Source of the DNA: Bacteroidales bacterium
GTDB lineage: Bacteria; Bacteroidota; Bacteroidia; Bacteroidales; UBA932
Direction: 5' to 3'
Assembly (NCBI GenBank): GCA_017446775.1
Contig: JAFSQE010000001.1
Location: forward strand, 81,954 to 145,953
DNA length: 64,000 nucleotides
Below, one piece after another: positions 10,331-20,607 of this stretch (position 1 is the stretch's first letter; each line of letters opens with the position of its first letter). The notes below the pieces were generated by a model. That model searched no databases. It was given only the letters and a program-made list of their open reading frames with translations, and had not been told where the DNA came from. The position numbers and the translations under genes are program-made.

Positions 10331-11671
10331 ATGAAGAATCGTAACCTAAGCAATCGGCAGCTGTTCAATCTCAACTTCGGGTATTTCGGGGTTCAGATTG
10401 CATACGCGCTGCAAAGTGCAAACATATCGCGAATATTCGCCACGCTGGGGGCAGACCCGCACCAGCTGAGTTTCTTCTGGATTCTGCCGCCGCTGATGGG
10501 CATGTTAGTACAGCCGCTTATCGGCAAGTGGAGCGACCGCACCTGGTGCCGCATGGGACGCCGCAAACCATATCTGCTGGTGGGTGCGATCATCGCCGTG
10601 CTGGTAATGGCCTTTCTGCCCAACGCCGGCAGCCTGCATTTCTCTACCAGGGTCTTCCTGGGGCTGAATATGGCAATGTGGTTCGGCCTCTTCTCCCTCA
10701 TATTCCTGGACACCAGCATCAATGTGGCCATGCAGCCCTTCAAGATGATGGTGGGCGACATGGTCAATGAGCAGCAGAAGGCCAAGGCATATTCCATCCA
10801 GAGCTTCCTGTGCAACGCCGGCAGCCTGGTGGGCTATCTGCTTCCCATCTTCCTGACCTGGATCGGCATCGCAAACGAAGCGCCGGAGGGGATGGTTCCC
10901 GCATCGGTGGTGACATCTTTCTATGCAGGGGCGGTGATACTTATCGCCTGTGTGCTCTACACCTTCCTCAATGTGAAGGAGATGCCGCCGGCAGAGTATG
11001 CCGAATTCCACGGCATCGACACCGCTAAGGCAGAAGAGAAAAAAGAAGGGCTGTTCAGCCTGCTGTTCAAGGCACCCAAGGTGTTCTGGACGGTGGGTCT
11101 GGTGCAGTTCTTCTGCTGGGCCGCCTTCCTGTATATGTGGACCTACTCCAACGGCACGCTGGCGTTCAACTGCTGGGGCGGCGCCACCGACACCGCATCG
11201 GCGGCATACCAGGCGGCCGGCAACTGGGTCGGCGTGGTGTTCGCCGTGCAGGCGGTGGGCTCCATCCTGTGGGCGCTGATGCTACCCCGCTTCAAGAACC
11301 TCAAGACCGCATATATCGTGAGCCTGCTCATTGGCGCCGTGGGCTTTATCGGCGTAGCCTTTATCCACGACAAATACCTGGCATGCGTGGCCTATTTCCT
11401 TATCGGTACCGCGTGGGCAGCGATGCTGGCTCTCCCCTTCACCCTGCTCACCAATGCACTTGAGGGCAACCCCTACATGGGCTCTTACCTGGGGCTGTTC
11501 AACGGCACCATCTGCCTGCCGCAAATCGTGGCTGCCGCCACCGGCGGGCTTGTGCTGCGCGCAGTGGGCGGCGCACAAAGCTCCATGCTGATAATGGCGG
11601 GCGTCTACCTGATAATAGGTGCGGCGGCCGTGCTGCTTGTAAAAGTAAAGACGAAATACAATCAACAATAA
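10331..11671 (+). CDS. MFS sugar transporter, SLC45/GPH-like (putative maltose/maltodextrin importer)
   Basis: 446 aa and polytopic. The N-terminus FNLNFGYFGVQIAYALQSANISRIF and the SDRTWCRMGRRKPY loop are typical of SLC45-like sucrose/maltose symporters. It is embedded in the starch PUL. Confidence 0.8.
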   Translation: MKNRNLSNRQLFNLNFGYFGVQIAYALQSANISRIFATLGADPHQLSFFWILPPLMGMLVQPLIGKWSDRTWCRMGRRKPYLLVGAIIAVLVMAFLPNAGSLHFSTRVFLGLNMAMWFGLFSLIFLDTSINVAMQPFKMMVGDMVNEQQKAKAYSIQSFLCNAGSLVGYLLPIFLTWIGIANEAPEGMVPASVVTSFYAGAVILIACVLYTFLNVKEMPPAEYAEFHGIDTAKAEEKKEGLFSLLFKAPKVFWTVGLVQFFCWAAFLYMWTYSNGTLAFNCWGGATDTASAAYQAAGNWVGVVFAVQAVGSILWALMLPRFKNLKTAYIVSLLIGAVGFIGVAFIHDKYLACVAYFLIGTAWAAMLALPFTLLTNALEGNPYMGSYLGLFNGTICLPQIVAAATGGLVLRAVGGAQSSMLIMAGVYLIIGAAAVLLVKVKTKYNQQ

Positions 11672-11691
11672 GTTTAACCAATCAACATCTA

Positions 11692-14600
11692 ATGAAAAGA
11701 TTTCTTACCGCAGTTGCTGTTATCCTCCTTGCAGGATGGATCTCCAGCGCCCCTGCTTCCGCCCAGGGCGGATATCAGGTTAAAGGAGTCGTAGAGGATG
11801 CCCTGGGCCCCGTATACGGAGCCACGGTTATGGAGAAAGGCACCTCCAACGGTGTCTCCACCGGCATCGACGGCGATTTTGACCTTAAGGTGAGCGGGGA
11901 AAATGCCCTGGTGGAAATCAGCTGCATAGGCTATACCACCCTGACTTTTGCCGCAAACGCGGTCCCCGAAACCATTTTCCTTGAAGAGGATAACGAATTC
12001 CTTGACGAAGTTGTCGTCATAGGTTACGGCTCCCAGAAAAAGAAAGAGGTCACCGGTAGCGTTGCCTCGATCAAGAGCGAAGAGTTCAACGCCGGCGTAA
12101 AGACCAACCCCATGGGCTTGCTCCAGGGCAAGGTGGCCGGTCTGAACATTATCAAAACCACATCTGACCCTACCAGCACCGGATACAACATCCAGATCCG
12201 CGGCTTCTCCACCCTCGACAAAGGGACCGGCACCAGCCCGCTGTTTATTGTAGACGGTGTGCCCGTGAGCAACATAGATAACATCTCGCCCGACGAAATA
12301 TCATCTATGGACGTGCTCAAGGACGGTTCTGCCGCAGCTATCTACGGTACCCGCGGTACCAACGGCGTGATTATAATCACCACCAAGCGCGGCGACGCCT
12401 TCTCTGACACCGCAACCACCCGGGTAGAGTATTCCGGATATGCTTCCGCATCTGTCCGCAATGCCAAAACCGGCATGGCGACCGCGCAGGAGTTCCGCGA
12501 ACTGGCCACCCTGTCCAACGGCATGGCGGCCGCCAACATCTACACCGGGCCCAACGGAGAAGAGTACAACACCGACTGGCTCTCTGAGGTCTGCCGCCCC
12601 GCAGCCATCGCGCACAACCATAATATCGCCATCGTGGGCTCTTCTGGCAAGTTCAACTACCGTGCATCCATCAACTACAAGAATGCAGAGGGTATCGCCA
12701 AGACCACCAACCGCAACGAGATTATGGCAAAGCTGGCCGCTGGCCAGAAGGCACTTGACGGCTGGCTGGACCTGCAGTACGATTTGAGCTACATGCGCTA
12801 CCGCAACGACTATTTCTGCGGCGACTTCAAGAACGCGGCGCTGCTCAACCCCACCTACCCTGTTTACGACGAAACAACCCCCAACGGCTATTTCTGGCGC
12901 AGCGAAGAGACCGGATTCGTAAACCCGGTTGAGAACATGTACCAGAAGGAGTCCTACGGCACCGGCAACTACTTCCGCGGCAGCATCAAGGCCACCGTCA
13001 ACATCAAGCCGATACAGGGGCTGAAGGTGAGCGGATTCGCCGCTATGGAAGAGGGCGACAACTACGGATACTGGTACAACGGTATCGTAAACACCGATGC
13101 ATCCGGCAGCGAGAAGGCCGGCCGCAGCGGCAACTCCTCCCTCAACAAGCTTTTCGAGCTCACAGCAGACTGGACCCGCACCTTCGACGGACACAACATC
13201 GCGCTGGTTGGCGGCGTATCTTACCAGAACTTCTTCTACGACGCTTCAAGCATGGCCAACAAGGGCTTCGCTGCTCCCGCCGTTATGAAATACTACAAGA
13301 TGGGCGACGGTGATGCCAGCAAGAAATATATGGAGATGAGCTCCGACCGCAATTCGCACACGCTGATTGCGCAGTTTGCCCGTGCCAATTACAATTATAA
13401 AGAGAAATACCTGCTCTCTGCCTCTATCCGTCGCGAGGGCTCTTCCCGCTTCGGTATCAACCACAAGTGGGGCTGGTTCCCCGCCCTTAGCGCCGGCTGG
13501 CGTATCAGCGGAGAAGAGTTCATGAAGAGTGCCACCTGGGTAGACGACCTCAAGCTCCGCCTCGGTTTCGGTGTCACCGGCAACGACCTTGGCAGCGACC
13601 TGCGCAGCGTAGAGCTCCTCTCCAACGGCGGTACCTTCTGGTATGACGGTGCTTACGTTTACACCTACACCGTAAGCCAGAACGTCAACCCCGACATCCG
13701 CTGGGAGAAGAAATACGAATACAACATCGGTGTAGATTACTCCCTTCTCAAAGACCGCCTGTTCGGTAGCCTGGATATCTACTACCGCCACACCACCGAC
13801 CTGCTCTGGGACTACGAGGTTCCTACCCCGCCTTACCAGTACACCACCCTGCTGGCCAATGCCGGCAAGATGGACAGCTACGGTGCAGAGCTCTCGCTGA
13901 GCTACGTAGCCATCCAGAAGAGCGATTTCCAGTGGACCACAACCCCCACCATCTCCTTCAACCGCAACAAGATCACCTCTTTGTCCGATCCCACCAAAGG
14001 CTTCAACTACACCAAGACAACCTCCGGCGGCGTCGGTGAGAACGGTATCATGAACACCGATACCCAGATTCTGGTAGAGGGCGAGGCAGTGGGCAGCTTC
14101 TACGGCTACAAGTTCTTCGGCATCAACCCCGTAAGCGGCCTGTGGACCTACACCATGCCCGACCAGGGCGACGGTCTGGCCCGTTATTGCGACGAGAGTA
14201 CCGCCGTCGAAGGCGACCGTCAGGTGCTGGGCAGCGCACAGCCCATCTTCACCTTTGGCTGGAACAACACCGTCCGCTACAAGAACTGGGACTTCACCAT
14301 GTTCCTGCGCGGCGTTGTCGGCAACAAGATACTGAACGTCACCCGCTGGGCATACGGTCCCATGAGCGCCAACAACAAGAACGTCTTCATGAAAGATGTC
14401 AACGGCGCAGAGACCATCCTCACCCAGAAGGCGCAGTTCTCTGACTACTATCTGGAGAGCGGCACCTACGCAAAGCTGGACAACCTCACCATAGGTTACA
14501 CCTTCCCCATAAAGGATAACCGTTTCGTCCAGTCGGCACGCGCTTACCTGACAGGCCAGAACCTGTTTACCCTGACCTCCTACAGCGGACAGGACCCGGA

Positions 14601-14700
14601 GGTGAACACCACTTCCGTATGGAACGGCGGTATAGACTACTGCTCTTTCTACCCCCCTGTAGCGACCATACTCGTTGGCTTGAACCTGAGTCTGTTCTAA
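11692..14700 (+). CDS. susC: SusC-like TonB-dependent outer-membrane transporter (starch PUL)
   Basis: 1002 aa. It has a signal peptide, a carboxypeptidase-regulatory-like domain, a TonB box/plug (DEVVVIGYGSQKK, IYGTRGTNGVIIITTKRG) and a C-terminal aromatic residue (LSLF). Confidence 0.9.
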   Translation: MKRFLTAVAVILLAGWISSAPASAQGGYQVKGVVEDALGPVYGATVMEKGTSNGVSTGIDGDFDLKVSGENALVEISCIGYTTLTFAANAVPETIFLEEDNEFLDEVVVIGYGSQKKKEVTGSVASIKSEEFNAGVKTNPMGLLQGKVAGLNIIKTTSDPTSTGYNIQIRGFSTLDKGTGTSPLFIVDGVPVSNIDNISPDEISSMDVLKDGSAAAIYGTRGTNGVIIITTKRGDAFSDTATTRVEYSGYASASVRNAKTGMATAQEFRELATLSNGMAAANIYTGPNGEEYNTDWLSEVCRPAAIAHNHNIAIVGSSGKFNYRASINYKNAEGIAKTTNRNEIMAKLAAGQKALDGWLDLQYDLSYMRYRNDYFCGDFKNAALLNPTYPVYDETTPNGYFWRSEETGFVNPVENMYQKESYGTGNYFRGSIKATVNIKPIQGLKVSGFAAMEEGDNYGYWYNGIVNTDASGSEKAGRSGNSSLNKLFELTADWTRTFDGHNIALVGGVSYQNFFYDASSMANKGFAAPAVMKYYKMGDGDASKKYMEMSSDRNSHTLIAQFARANYNYKEKYLLSASIRREGSSRFGINHKWGWFPALSAGWRISGEEFMKSATWVDDLKLRLGFGVTGNDLGSDLRSVELLSNGGTFWYDGAYVYTYTVSQNVNPDIRWEKKYEYNIGVDYSLLKDRLFGSLDIYYRHTTDLLWDYEVPTPPYQYTTLLANAGKMDSYGAELSLSYVAIQKSDFQWTTTPTISFNRNKITSLSDPTKGFNYTKTTSGGVGENGIMNTDTQILVEGEAVGSFYGYKFFGINPVSGLWTYTMPDQGDGLARYCDESTAVEGDRQVLGSAQPIFTFGWNNTVRYKNWDFTMFLRGVVGNKILNVTRWAYGPMSANNKNVFMKDVNGAETILTQKAQFSDYYLESGTYAKLDNLTIGYTFPIKDNRFVQSARAYLTGQNLFTLTSYSGQDPEVNTTSVWNGGIDYCSFYPPVATILVGLNLSLF

Positions 14701-14719
14701 CCTTAAATCAGGCGAAATC

Positions 14720-16450
14720 ATGAAAAAGACACTCTTTTTGATCATAACCGTTACTCTGGCTCTGACGTTGCTGAACTCATGCGACAAGATGCTGGAAGAA
14801 ATAAACTACGGCAACCCCACCACCGCCGATTTGATGACAAACGAAGCCAATGTCCCCCTGCTGGTAGGACAATGCTACGCAGAGGTCAAGTGGCTTCATG
14901 ACCACTGGGGATACTGGGGCGTTGTTACCCTCACCGCCGACGAAGGTCTCTGCCCGACCCGCATGCCCGACAAGGACTGGGCCGACGGCGGATACTGGCG
15001 CAACCTCAACACCCACAACTGGAACGAGATGGGCGGCGCATTCCGCAATATATGGAATACCACCATCGCCGGCGCGGTGCTTTGCAACAAGCTGCTCAAG
15101 ACCCTCGACGACTACCGTTCGTCCATGTCCGACCAGGTTTACGCACAGTACACCGCAGAGCTGGAGGTGATGCGCAGCTACTATTATTACATGCTGTTCG
15201 ACTGCTTTGGCCGCATCCCCTATCTGGAGGAGTTCGTAGACAAGGCCAGCGACCCGCTGATGGAGCCTTACGCCGTGTGGTCCCGCCTTGTGGACTGCCT
15301 GGAGCGCAATGCCCCCAACCTGCCGTCGGTTACAGACGATGCCAGCCGCGCCCTCAACTACGGCCGCGCAACCCAGGGCCTTGCGTATGCCCTGCTTGCA
15401 CGTCTCTACCTGAACGCAGAGTCGTTTGACTGCACCCCTGCCAACATCAGCCTGACCAACACCTACACCACCGCCATCAACACTTCCGCAGACTTCTATA
15501 CCAACTGCGTGAGGTGCTGCGACGCGATTATCGATGCCAGATCCTACTCTATCGAGCCCGATTACTTCACCAATTTCAAGATAGACAACGCCGCTTCCAA
15601 AGAGAACATCTTTGTGATCGTAGAGAATGGCGAAGCCGACATAGACGAGCGCAGCGGGGGCGACGGCATGATGCTCAACAAGCTCCGCATCGCCCTGCTC
15701 ACCCTCAACTACAATCATCAGAAGACATACAAGATGGTGGAGACCCCCTGGAACGGCTTTTGCGCACGCCCCTCTTTCATCGACCGCTTTGCTGCGTCTG
15801 ATGTCCGCGGCCCCGGCAACGAGGGCCTCGGCACCAACGACACTAAGCAGTGGGGCTGGTTCCTTGGCCCTATCTACGATGCCAGCGGCAAACTGTGCCA
15901 AGACAAGGACGAAGCAAAATCAGACGCAATCATAGTGAAGGATGTCACCTCCCTTACAGAGGCTTCTGATCTGGAGGGCGCCCGCTGCATCAAATACGAA
16001 ATCGACAAGGCCGGCAAATACAAATACAGCGAGAACGACTTTGTGCTGTTCCGCTATGCAGACGTGCTCTGGATGAAAGAAGAGGCCATCCTGCGCGGCG
16101 GTGCCGGGGCTTCCGGCTGGGGCTCGGCAGATTTCCAGACGCTCCGCAAGCGCGCCTTTGCATACGACGATGACGCAGCTGCAGCTTATGCCGCAGCCTA
16201 TCCCGACGCTCTGACGCTGGATGGTATCCTCGACGAGCGCGGCAGGGAATTTGCGTGGGAGAACATGCGCCGGCGCGACCTTATCCGCTTCGGAAAGTTC
16301 AACAAGTCCGATTATGTGCAGTTCATAACCGCTACGGACGAATATCGCAAATGGTTCCCCATCCCCTTCAAGGTGTTGGAGAAATCTGTCCGCGACCAGG
16401 ACGGCAATCCCGTTTGGACCCAGAACCCCGGATATCCTACAAGTTTCTGA
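14720..16450 (+). CDS. susD: SusD/RagB family lipoprotein (starch PUL)
   Basis: 576 aa with lipobox LLNSC. It lies immediately downstream of susC. The C-terminal segment ERGREFAWENMRRRDLIRF is characteristic of SusD. Confidence 0.85.
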   Translation: MKKTLFLIITVTLALTLLNSCDKMLEEINYGNPTTADLMTNEANVPLLVGQCYAEVKWLHDHWGYWGVVTLTADEGLCPTRMPDKDWADGGYWRNLNTHNWNEMGGAFRNIWNTTIAGAVLCNKLLKTLDDYRSSMSDQVYAQYTAELEVMRSYYYYMLFDCFGRIPYLEEFVDKASDPLMEPYAVWSRLVDCLERNAPNLPSVTDDASRALNYGRATQGLAYALLARLYLNAESFDCTPANISLTNTYTTAINTSADFYTNCVRCCDAIIDARSYSIEPDYFTNFKIDNAASKENIFVIVENGEADIDERSGGDGMMLNKLRIALLTLNYNHQKTYKMVETPWNGFCARPSFIDRFAASDVRGPGNEGLGTNDTKQWGWFLGPIYDASGKLCQDKDEAKSDAIIVKDVTSLTEASDLEGARCIKYEIDKAGKYKYSENDFVLFRYADVLWMKEEAILRGGAGASGWGSADFQTLRKRAFAYDDDAAAAYAAAYPDALTLDGILDERGREFAWENMRRRDLIRFGKFNKSDYVQFITATDEYRKWFPIPFKVLEKSVRDQDGNPVWTQNPGYPTSF

Positions 16451-16492
16451 TATTATCAACCTATAAACACCATTATTAATTAACAATCCATT

Positions 16493-18508
16493 ATGAAGAA
16501 AGTATTTTTACTTGCACTTGCTTGTCTTTCTCTGGTTGTTGTTTCTTGCGACAAGAAAGAGAAGATTGACTGGGATGCTGTTACCGTGAACGGCTTCTAT
16601 GTTGCCGGTCCCGCTACAGGTTCCACCGAAATCAAACCCGAATGCGTGATGGCTGCCGGCTTCAACGAGGTCGACAAGGCTGTTCGCGAGGGTATGTATG
16701 AGAAGTACATCGTACTCGAGGCAAACAAAGATTTCTACCTGCTTTACAACGACGGTGGCAACAAGAGCCGCTACAGTGCAGAGCTTAAGGATTTCGAAAC
16801 TCCCCTGGAGGAGGCTTATGGCGACAACCCCGCATCCGTACTCAAGGGAGCCCTGGTTATCGGCGAAAAGGCTCCCGCAATGCAGGTTGCCAAGACCGGC
16901 CTGTATCACATCGTGCTTGATATCAACAAGACCGGCGACCTCGACGCTGCCGGCGGCGCACAGATCCTCCTGCTGGATGCCAGCGACTTTGGTGTTCGCG
17001 GCGGCATGAACGGCTGGGGCTTCTCTTCCGCTACCACCAAGACCGAGTTCTCCAACGATGGCTTTACTTTGACTTTCAAGGATCAGGAACTTGCAAAGGG
17101 CGGCGAATTCAAGTTCGCTACCGGTAACTACTGGAAAGTCACCCTCGACGATGCCGGCAAGGTTAAGGCCGAGACCTCTCTGGGCGAAACCGGTTCCGGT
17201 CTGGGTTTGGAGAATGCTCCTGGCAGGAAAGACAACAACATCCCTGTGGACAAGGGCGGCAAATACGACATCACACTTAACTTCAAGCTGGCTCAGGGCT
17301 CTTTCAACAAGAGCTTCACCTACGAAGTTGTCTGCACAGAAGAATCCACCGCTCCCGAGACCATGTATATGATCGGCAACCAGTGGGGCGGCTGGGACTG
17401 GGCTTCCGACGGCATTGTCGATCTCATTCCCGTATGGGGCGCTCCCGGTTATTTCTGGTGCACCCGTTACTTCAACAAGGCCGATGGCTTCAAGTTCTGC
17501 GCACAGAAGGTATGGAACGGTGATTTTACCGGTGCGGGCACTTCTGGCTACACTATCAACGACGGCAACTGCTGGGTTGCAGAGGACGGCTTCTACACCG
17601 TGCTGGTAAACGGCAACGAGAATACCGTTGAGATTAAACCCGCTATGGTTTGTGGTTTGGGCGACGCTGTATTTACTGGTGGCTGGGACTTTGATTCTGC
17701 ACAGCAGTTCGAAGCAGATGGTGACAAGATGGTCATCGTGACTTCCGGTGCCGGCGAACTCCGTCTCGCTTCCAAGGTTCTGCCCGATACAGCAGTCGAG
17801 GGTGTCACCGGGTCCGGCTGGTTTGACTGGTGGAAGACCGAGTTTATCTTCTTCGAAGACGGCAAGATTGCTTATCGTGGCGCTGGCAACGACCAGGAGC
17901 GCGTCCAGATCGAGGCTGGCAAGAAGATCATCCTTGACTTCAACGCAGGTACTGCTACCGTAGAGGATGCAGCTGCTTTCGAGCCCGCTGTCAATATCGA
18001 CGGCGACCTGAGCGACTGGTCAGACGTAGCTGAATTCGCAAGCGAGTCTACCTCCAGAATCAGGACCTGGAAAGTCACCTCTGACGCACAGAACGTATAC
18101 GTTCTCCTTGCACTGCGCAAGAACAGGGCCGACAACGGCAGGAAGCTTACCATTGGCTTCAACACAGACAAAGATGCCACAAGCGGCAAATACACCGACG
18201 ACAACAATATGAAGGGTTGCGAGGCTATCGCCCTCAAATTCATCCCGTTCACCAATGGTTCCGGTGCTCCGGTCGGTGTAAATGGCGTGATTGCTGATTC
18301 TGAGGTTACTTCTACCGCAGGCGTTAAATCAACCGGCGTTGTGACCGCATTTGCATACGACGACGGTTCTGATCTTGGCGATGACAGCTCCAACATCTAT
18401 CTGGAGCTCAGCATCCCCAAGTCAGCTCTTGAACTGCCTGCAGGTGAGATTCAGATTGGTGCAAGCTACGATTACTACTTCTCCGGTTACCAGACCGTAA
18501 CCCTCTAG
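16493..18508 (+). CDS. SusE/SusF-like surface starch-binding lipoprotein with an extra C-terminal CBM9-like domain
   Basis: 671 aa with lipobox VVSC. It occupies the third gene position after susC/susD. It has three internally repeated modules of GGW...FKF...W type, and a C-terminal segment beginning NIDGDLSDWSDV. Confidence 0.65.
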   Translation: MKKVFLLALACLSLVVVSCDKKEKIDWDAVTVNGFYVAGPATGSTEIKPECVMAAGFNEVDKAVREGMYEKYIVLEANKDFYLLYNDGGNKSRYSAELKDFETPLEEAYGDNPASVLKGALVIGEKAPAMQVAKTGLYHIVLDINKTGDLDAAGGAQILLLDASDFGVRGGMNGWGFSSATTKTEFSNDGFTLTFKDQELAKGGEFKFATGNYWKVTLDDAGKVKAETSLGETGSGLGLENAPGRKDNNIPVDKGGKYDITLNFKLAQGSFNKSFTYEVVCTEESTAPETMYMIGNQWGGWDWASDGIVDLIPVWGAPGYFWCTRYFNKADGFKFCAQKVWNGDFTGAGTSGYTINDGNCWVAEDGFYTVLVNGNENTVEIKPAMVCGLGDAVFTGGWDFDSAQQFEADGDKMVIVTSGAGELRLASKVLPDTAVEGVTGSGWFDWWKTEFIFFEDGKIAYRGAGNDQERVQIEAGKKIILDFNAGTATVEDAAAFEPAVNIDGDLSDWSDVAEFASESTSRIRTWKVTSDAQNVYVLLALRKNRADNGRKLTIGFNTDKDATSGKYTDDNNMKGCEAIALKFIPFTNGSGAPVGVNGVIADSEVTSTAGVKSTGVVTAFAYDDGSDLGDDSSNIYLELSIPKSALELPAGEIQIGASYDYYFSGYQTVTL

Positions 18509-18526
18509 TAGTTCACCCCGTTAAAA

Positions 18527-18555
18527 AGGCTCCCGGACTCCGGGGGCCTTTTTTG
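18527..18555 (+). terminator. Rho-independent terminator after the susE/F-like gene
   Basis: Stem of about 10 bp (AGGCTCCCGG / CCGGGGGCCT, including one G-U pair) followed by TTTTTGTTG. Confidence 0.6.
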
Positions 18556-18579
18556 TTGTAAAACAATTGGGTTTTTTGC

Positions 18580-18587
18580 TAACTTTG
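18580..18587 (+). promoter_or_regulatory. -7 promoter box (TAACTTTG) for the susG-like gene and the second GH13
   Basis: Exact TAnnTTTG match 26 nt upstream of ATG 18613, just after the terminator. Confidence 0.4.
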
Positions 18588-18612
18588 GAGACTACAACCT
18601 AATAACTGCATA

Positions 18613-20598
18613 ATGAAAAAAGTCTTATACGCAATTATACCTGTCGTCTTCATTCTGCTGCTGGCCGCATCCTGCGATAAGGATCCGCAAATAGTTCCAG
18701 CCGACGATATCCCATCTTACGCCACAGGCGAAAAGCAGGGCAATATCACATACCAGCTGCTCATCTACAGCTTTGCAGACAGCGACGGCGACGGCATCGG
18801 CGATTTTAACGGCATCCGCAACCACCTGGATTATCTGGATGCGCTGGGAGTATCGGCCCTTTGGCTCTCCCCCGCCCATCCGGCCGACTCTTACCACGGA
18901 TACGATGTCACCGACTACGCGGCGCTGAATCCCAAGTACGGCACCGAGGCCGATTTCAAGGCGCTGATAGATGCAGCGCACGCCAAGGGAATAAAGATTT
19001 ACATGGACTATGTCCTCAACCATACCGGCAAGGGGCACCCGTGGTTTTCAGAGGCGCTGGCAGATGAATCCAGCCCGTATCGGGAATGGTTCCTCATTTG
19101 CGACAATCCCTCTTCGGGGTGGCGCAACTTCCCTATGCTAAACGGCTATTCATACAACAGCGGCGAGTGGCACTCCGCGACCAGCGGCGCCCCGCGCATC
19201 ACAATCAGCGCCACAAGCGAACCGGTCACCACCGGCAGCGCTTCCTGGAACATCTGGACCTGGATTCCGGGTCAGAACGGGAAAGAGATCAGCTTTGTGG
19301 ACGACGGCGGCGGCAACTACCACATCGTGCTGGAGATAAACGGCAAACAGGGGCTGCTGCTTCGCAGGGACCACAGCTGGGACGCAGGTTCTAAGTTCGG
19401 CGCTTCTGCAGGGGAGTTCACCATTACAGAGGGTACATCTGTCAGCCTGGTTGCAGAAGGGGGCGATATGTTCTTCACCGGGAGCGGCCGCTACCGCATA
19501 AACCTTACCAACGTAGAGACAAAGACCGTATATTATATGGGTGCATTCGGCAGCTGGATGCCCGACATCAATTACGGCGATGTCTCTGCCGCAGAGAGCA
19601 ACGCCTGCTTTATGACTCTTGCATCATCTGTAGACAAATGGGTCGGAATGGGGATCGACGGCCTCCGCCTGGACGCAGTCAAACATATCTGCGGCGGCAT
19701 GAACTCCTTCAACAACGCCTCCAACGTCACATTTCTGGGTAAATGGTACGACCGCTGCAACGCCACCTACCGCAAGACCCACTCCGATGACTTCTACATG
19801 GTGGCCGAGGTCTGGATGGATGCCAAGTCAGTGGCACCATATTACAAGAGTTTGCCCGCCTGCTTCGAGTTCGACTTCTGGGAGCGGCTCAAATGGGTTC
19901 TCAACCAGCGTACCGGCTGCTACTTCTGCAAAGACCTTACGGGGTACAGACAGATGTACTCAGCCGTTCGCAGCGGCGCCATTGCAGCCACCAAACTCAC
20001 CAACCACGACGAGACCCGCGCCGCCACCATCCTTGGGCGCGACAGCGCAAAACTAAAACAGGCCGCGGCATTTCTGCTTAGCGCAGAGGGTCAGCCCTAC
20101 ATCTACCAGGGCGAAGAGCTCGGATACTGGGGCAAGGACAGCGACGACGGCGGCCGCGACGAGCTGGTGCGCACCCCCATCGTGTGGGAGAGTGCATCCG
20201 GTGCCGCCACGGGCGATCTGGGTGGACATATCGATTATGAGCTGCTTAAAGATGACATTTCCGTAAAGAACCAGCAGGAAGATGCCGGCAGCCTGCTGCA
20301 TACATATTATAAATGGACCAGGGCCCGCAACAGCTGCAAGGCGCTTGCAGCGGGCACGATGTCGGCACACTCCATATATAACGACAGCAACACGGCTTTC
20401 GGCAGCATAGCCGCCTGGTATATGACCGCTTCCGGCGGAGAAAAGGCGCTCGTGCTGCATAACGTGGGCACGGAGAGCAAGACTCTGGACCTTTCCGGAG
20501 ACAAACTGGACAATCAGGTAGTGTCGCTGGGAGAAGTGAAGGTCTCCGGCAGCTCGGTGACCCTTGGCGCATCGTCGTCTGTAGTATTCATGCAATAA
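18613..20598 (+). CDS. susG: SusG-like GH13 alpha-amylase lipoprotein with a carbohydrate-binding module inserted in the catalytic domain
   Basis: 661 aa with lipobox LAASC. The GH13 regions are present: DYVLNHTG, GIDGLRLDAVKHI, MVAEVW and LTNHDETR. An insert of about 130 aa lies between regions I and II, at the position of the CBM58 in B. thetaiotaomicron SusG. Confidence 0.85.
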   Translation: MKKVLYAIIPVVFILLLAASCDKDPQIVPADDIPSYATGEKQGNITYQLLIYSFADSDGDGIGDFNGIRNHLDYLDALGVSALWLSPAHPADSYHGYDVTDYAALNPKYGTEADFKALIDAAHAKGIKIYMDYVLNHTGKGHPWFSEALADESSPYREWFLICDNPSSGWRNFPMLNGYSYNSGEWHSATSGAPRITISATSEPVTTGSASWNIWTWIPGQNGKEISFVDDGGGNYHIVLEINGKQGLLLRRDHSWDAGSKFGASAGEFTITEGTSVSLVAEGGDMFFTGSGRYRINLTNVETKTVYYMGAFGSWMPDINYGDVSAAESNACFMTLASSVDKWVGMGIDGLRLDAVKHICGGMNSFNNASNVTFLGKWYDRCNATYRKTHSDDFYMVAEVWMDAKSVAPYYKSLPACFEFDFWERLKWVLNQRTGCYFCKDLTGYRQMYSAVRSGAIAATKLTNHDETRAATILGRDSAKLKQAAAFLLSAEGQPYIYQGEELGYWGKDSDDGGRDELVRTPIVWESASGAATGDLGGHIDYELLKDDISVKNQQEDAGSLLHTYYKWTRARNSCKALAAGTMSAHSIYNDSNTAFGSIAAWYMTASGGEKALVLHNVGTESKTLDLSGDKLDNQVVSLGEVKVSGSSVTLGASSSVVFMQ

Positions 20599-20607
20599 CC
20601 TGTCATT

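Noticed and set aside
18566-18579. Identical 14-mer ATTGGGTTTTTTGC upstream of the susG-like gene (18566-18579) and upstream of the pair-2 susC (34599-34612), both next to a TAACTTTG box. I considered it as a possible shared PUL operator.
   Set aside because: Chance identical 14-mers are expected several times in 64 kb (about N squared over 2, divided by 4 to the 14th, comes to several pairs), and more often in T-rich spacers. The motif lies upstream of the -7 box in one case and downstream in the other. It has no dyad symmetry.
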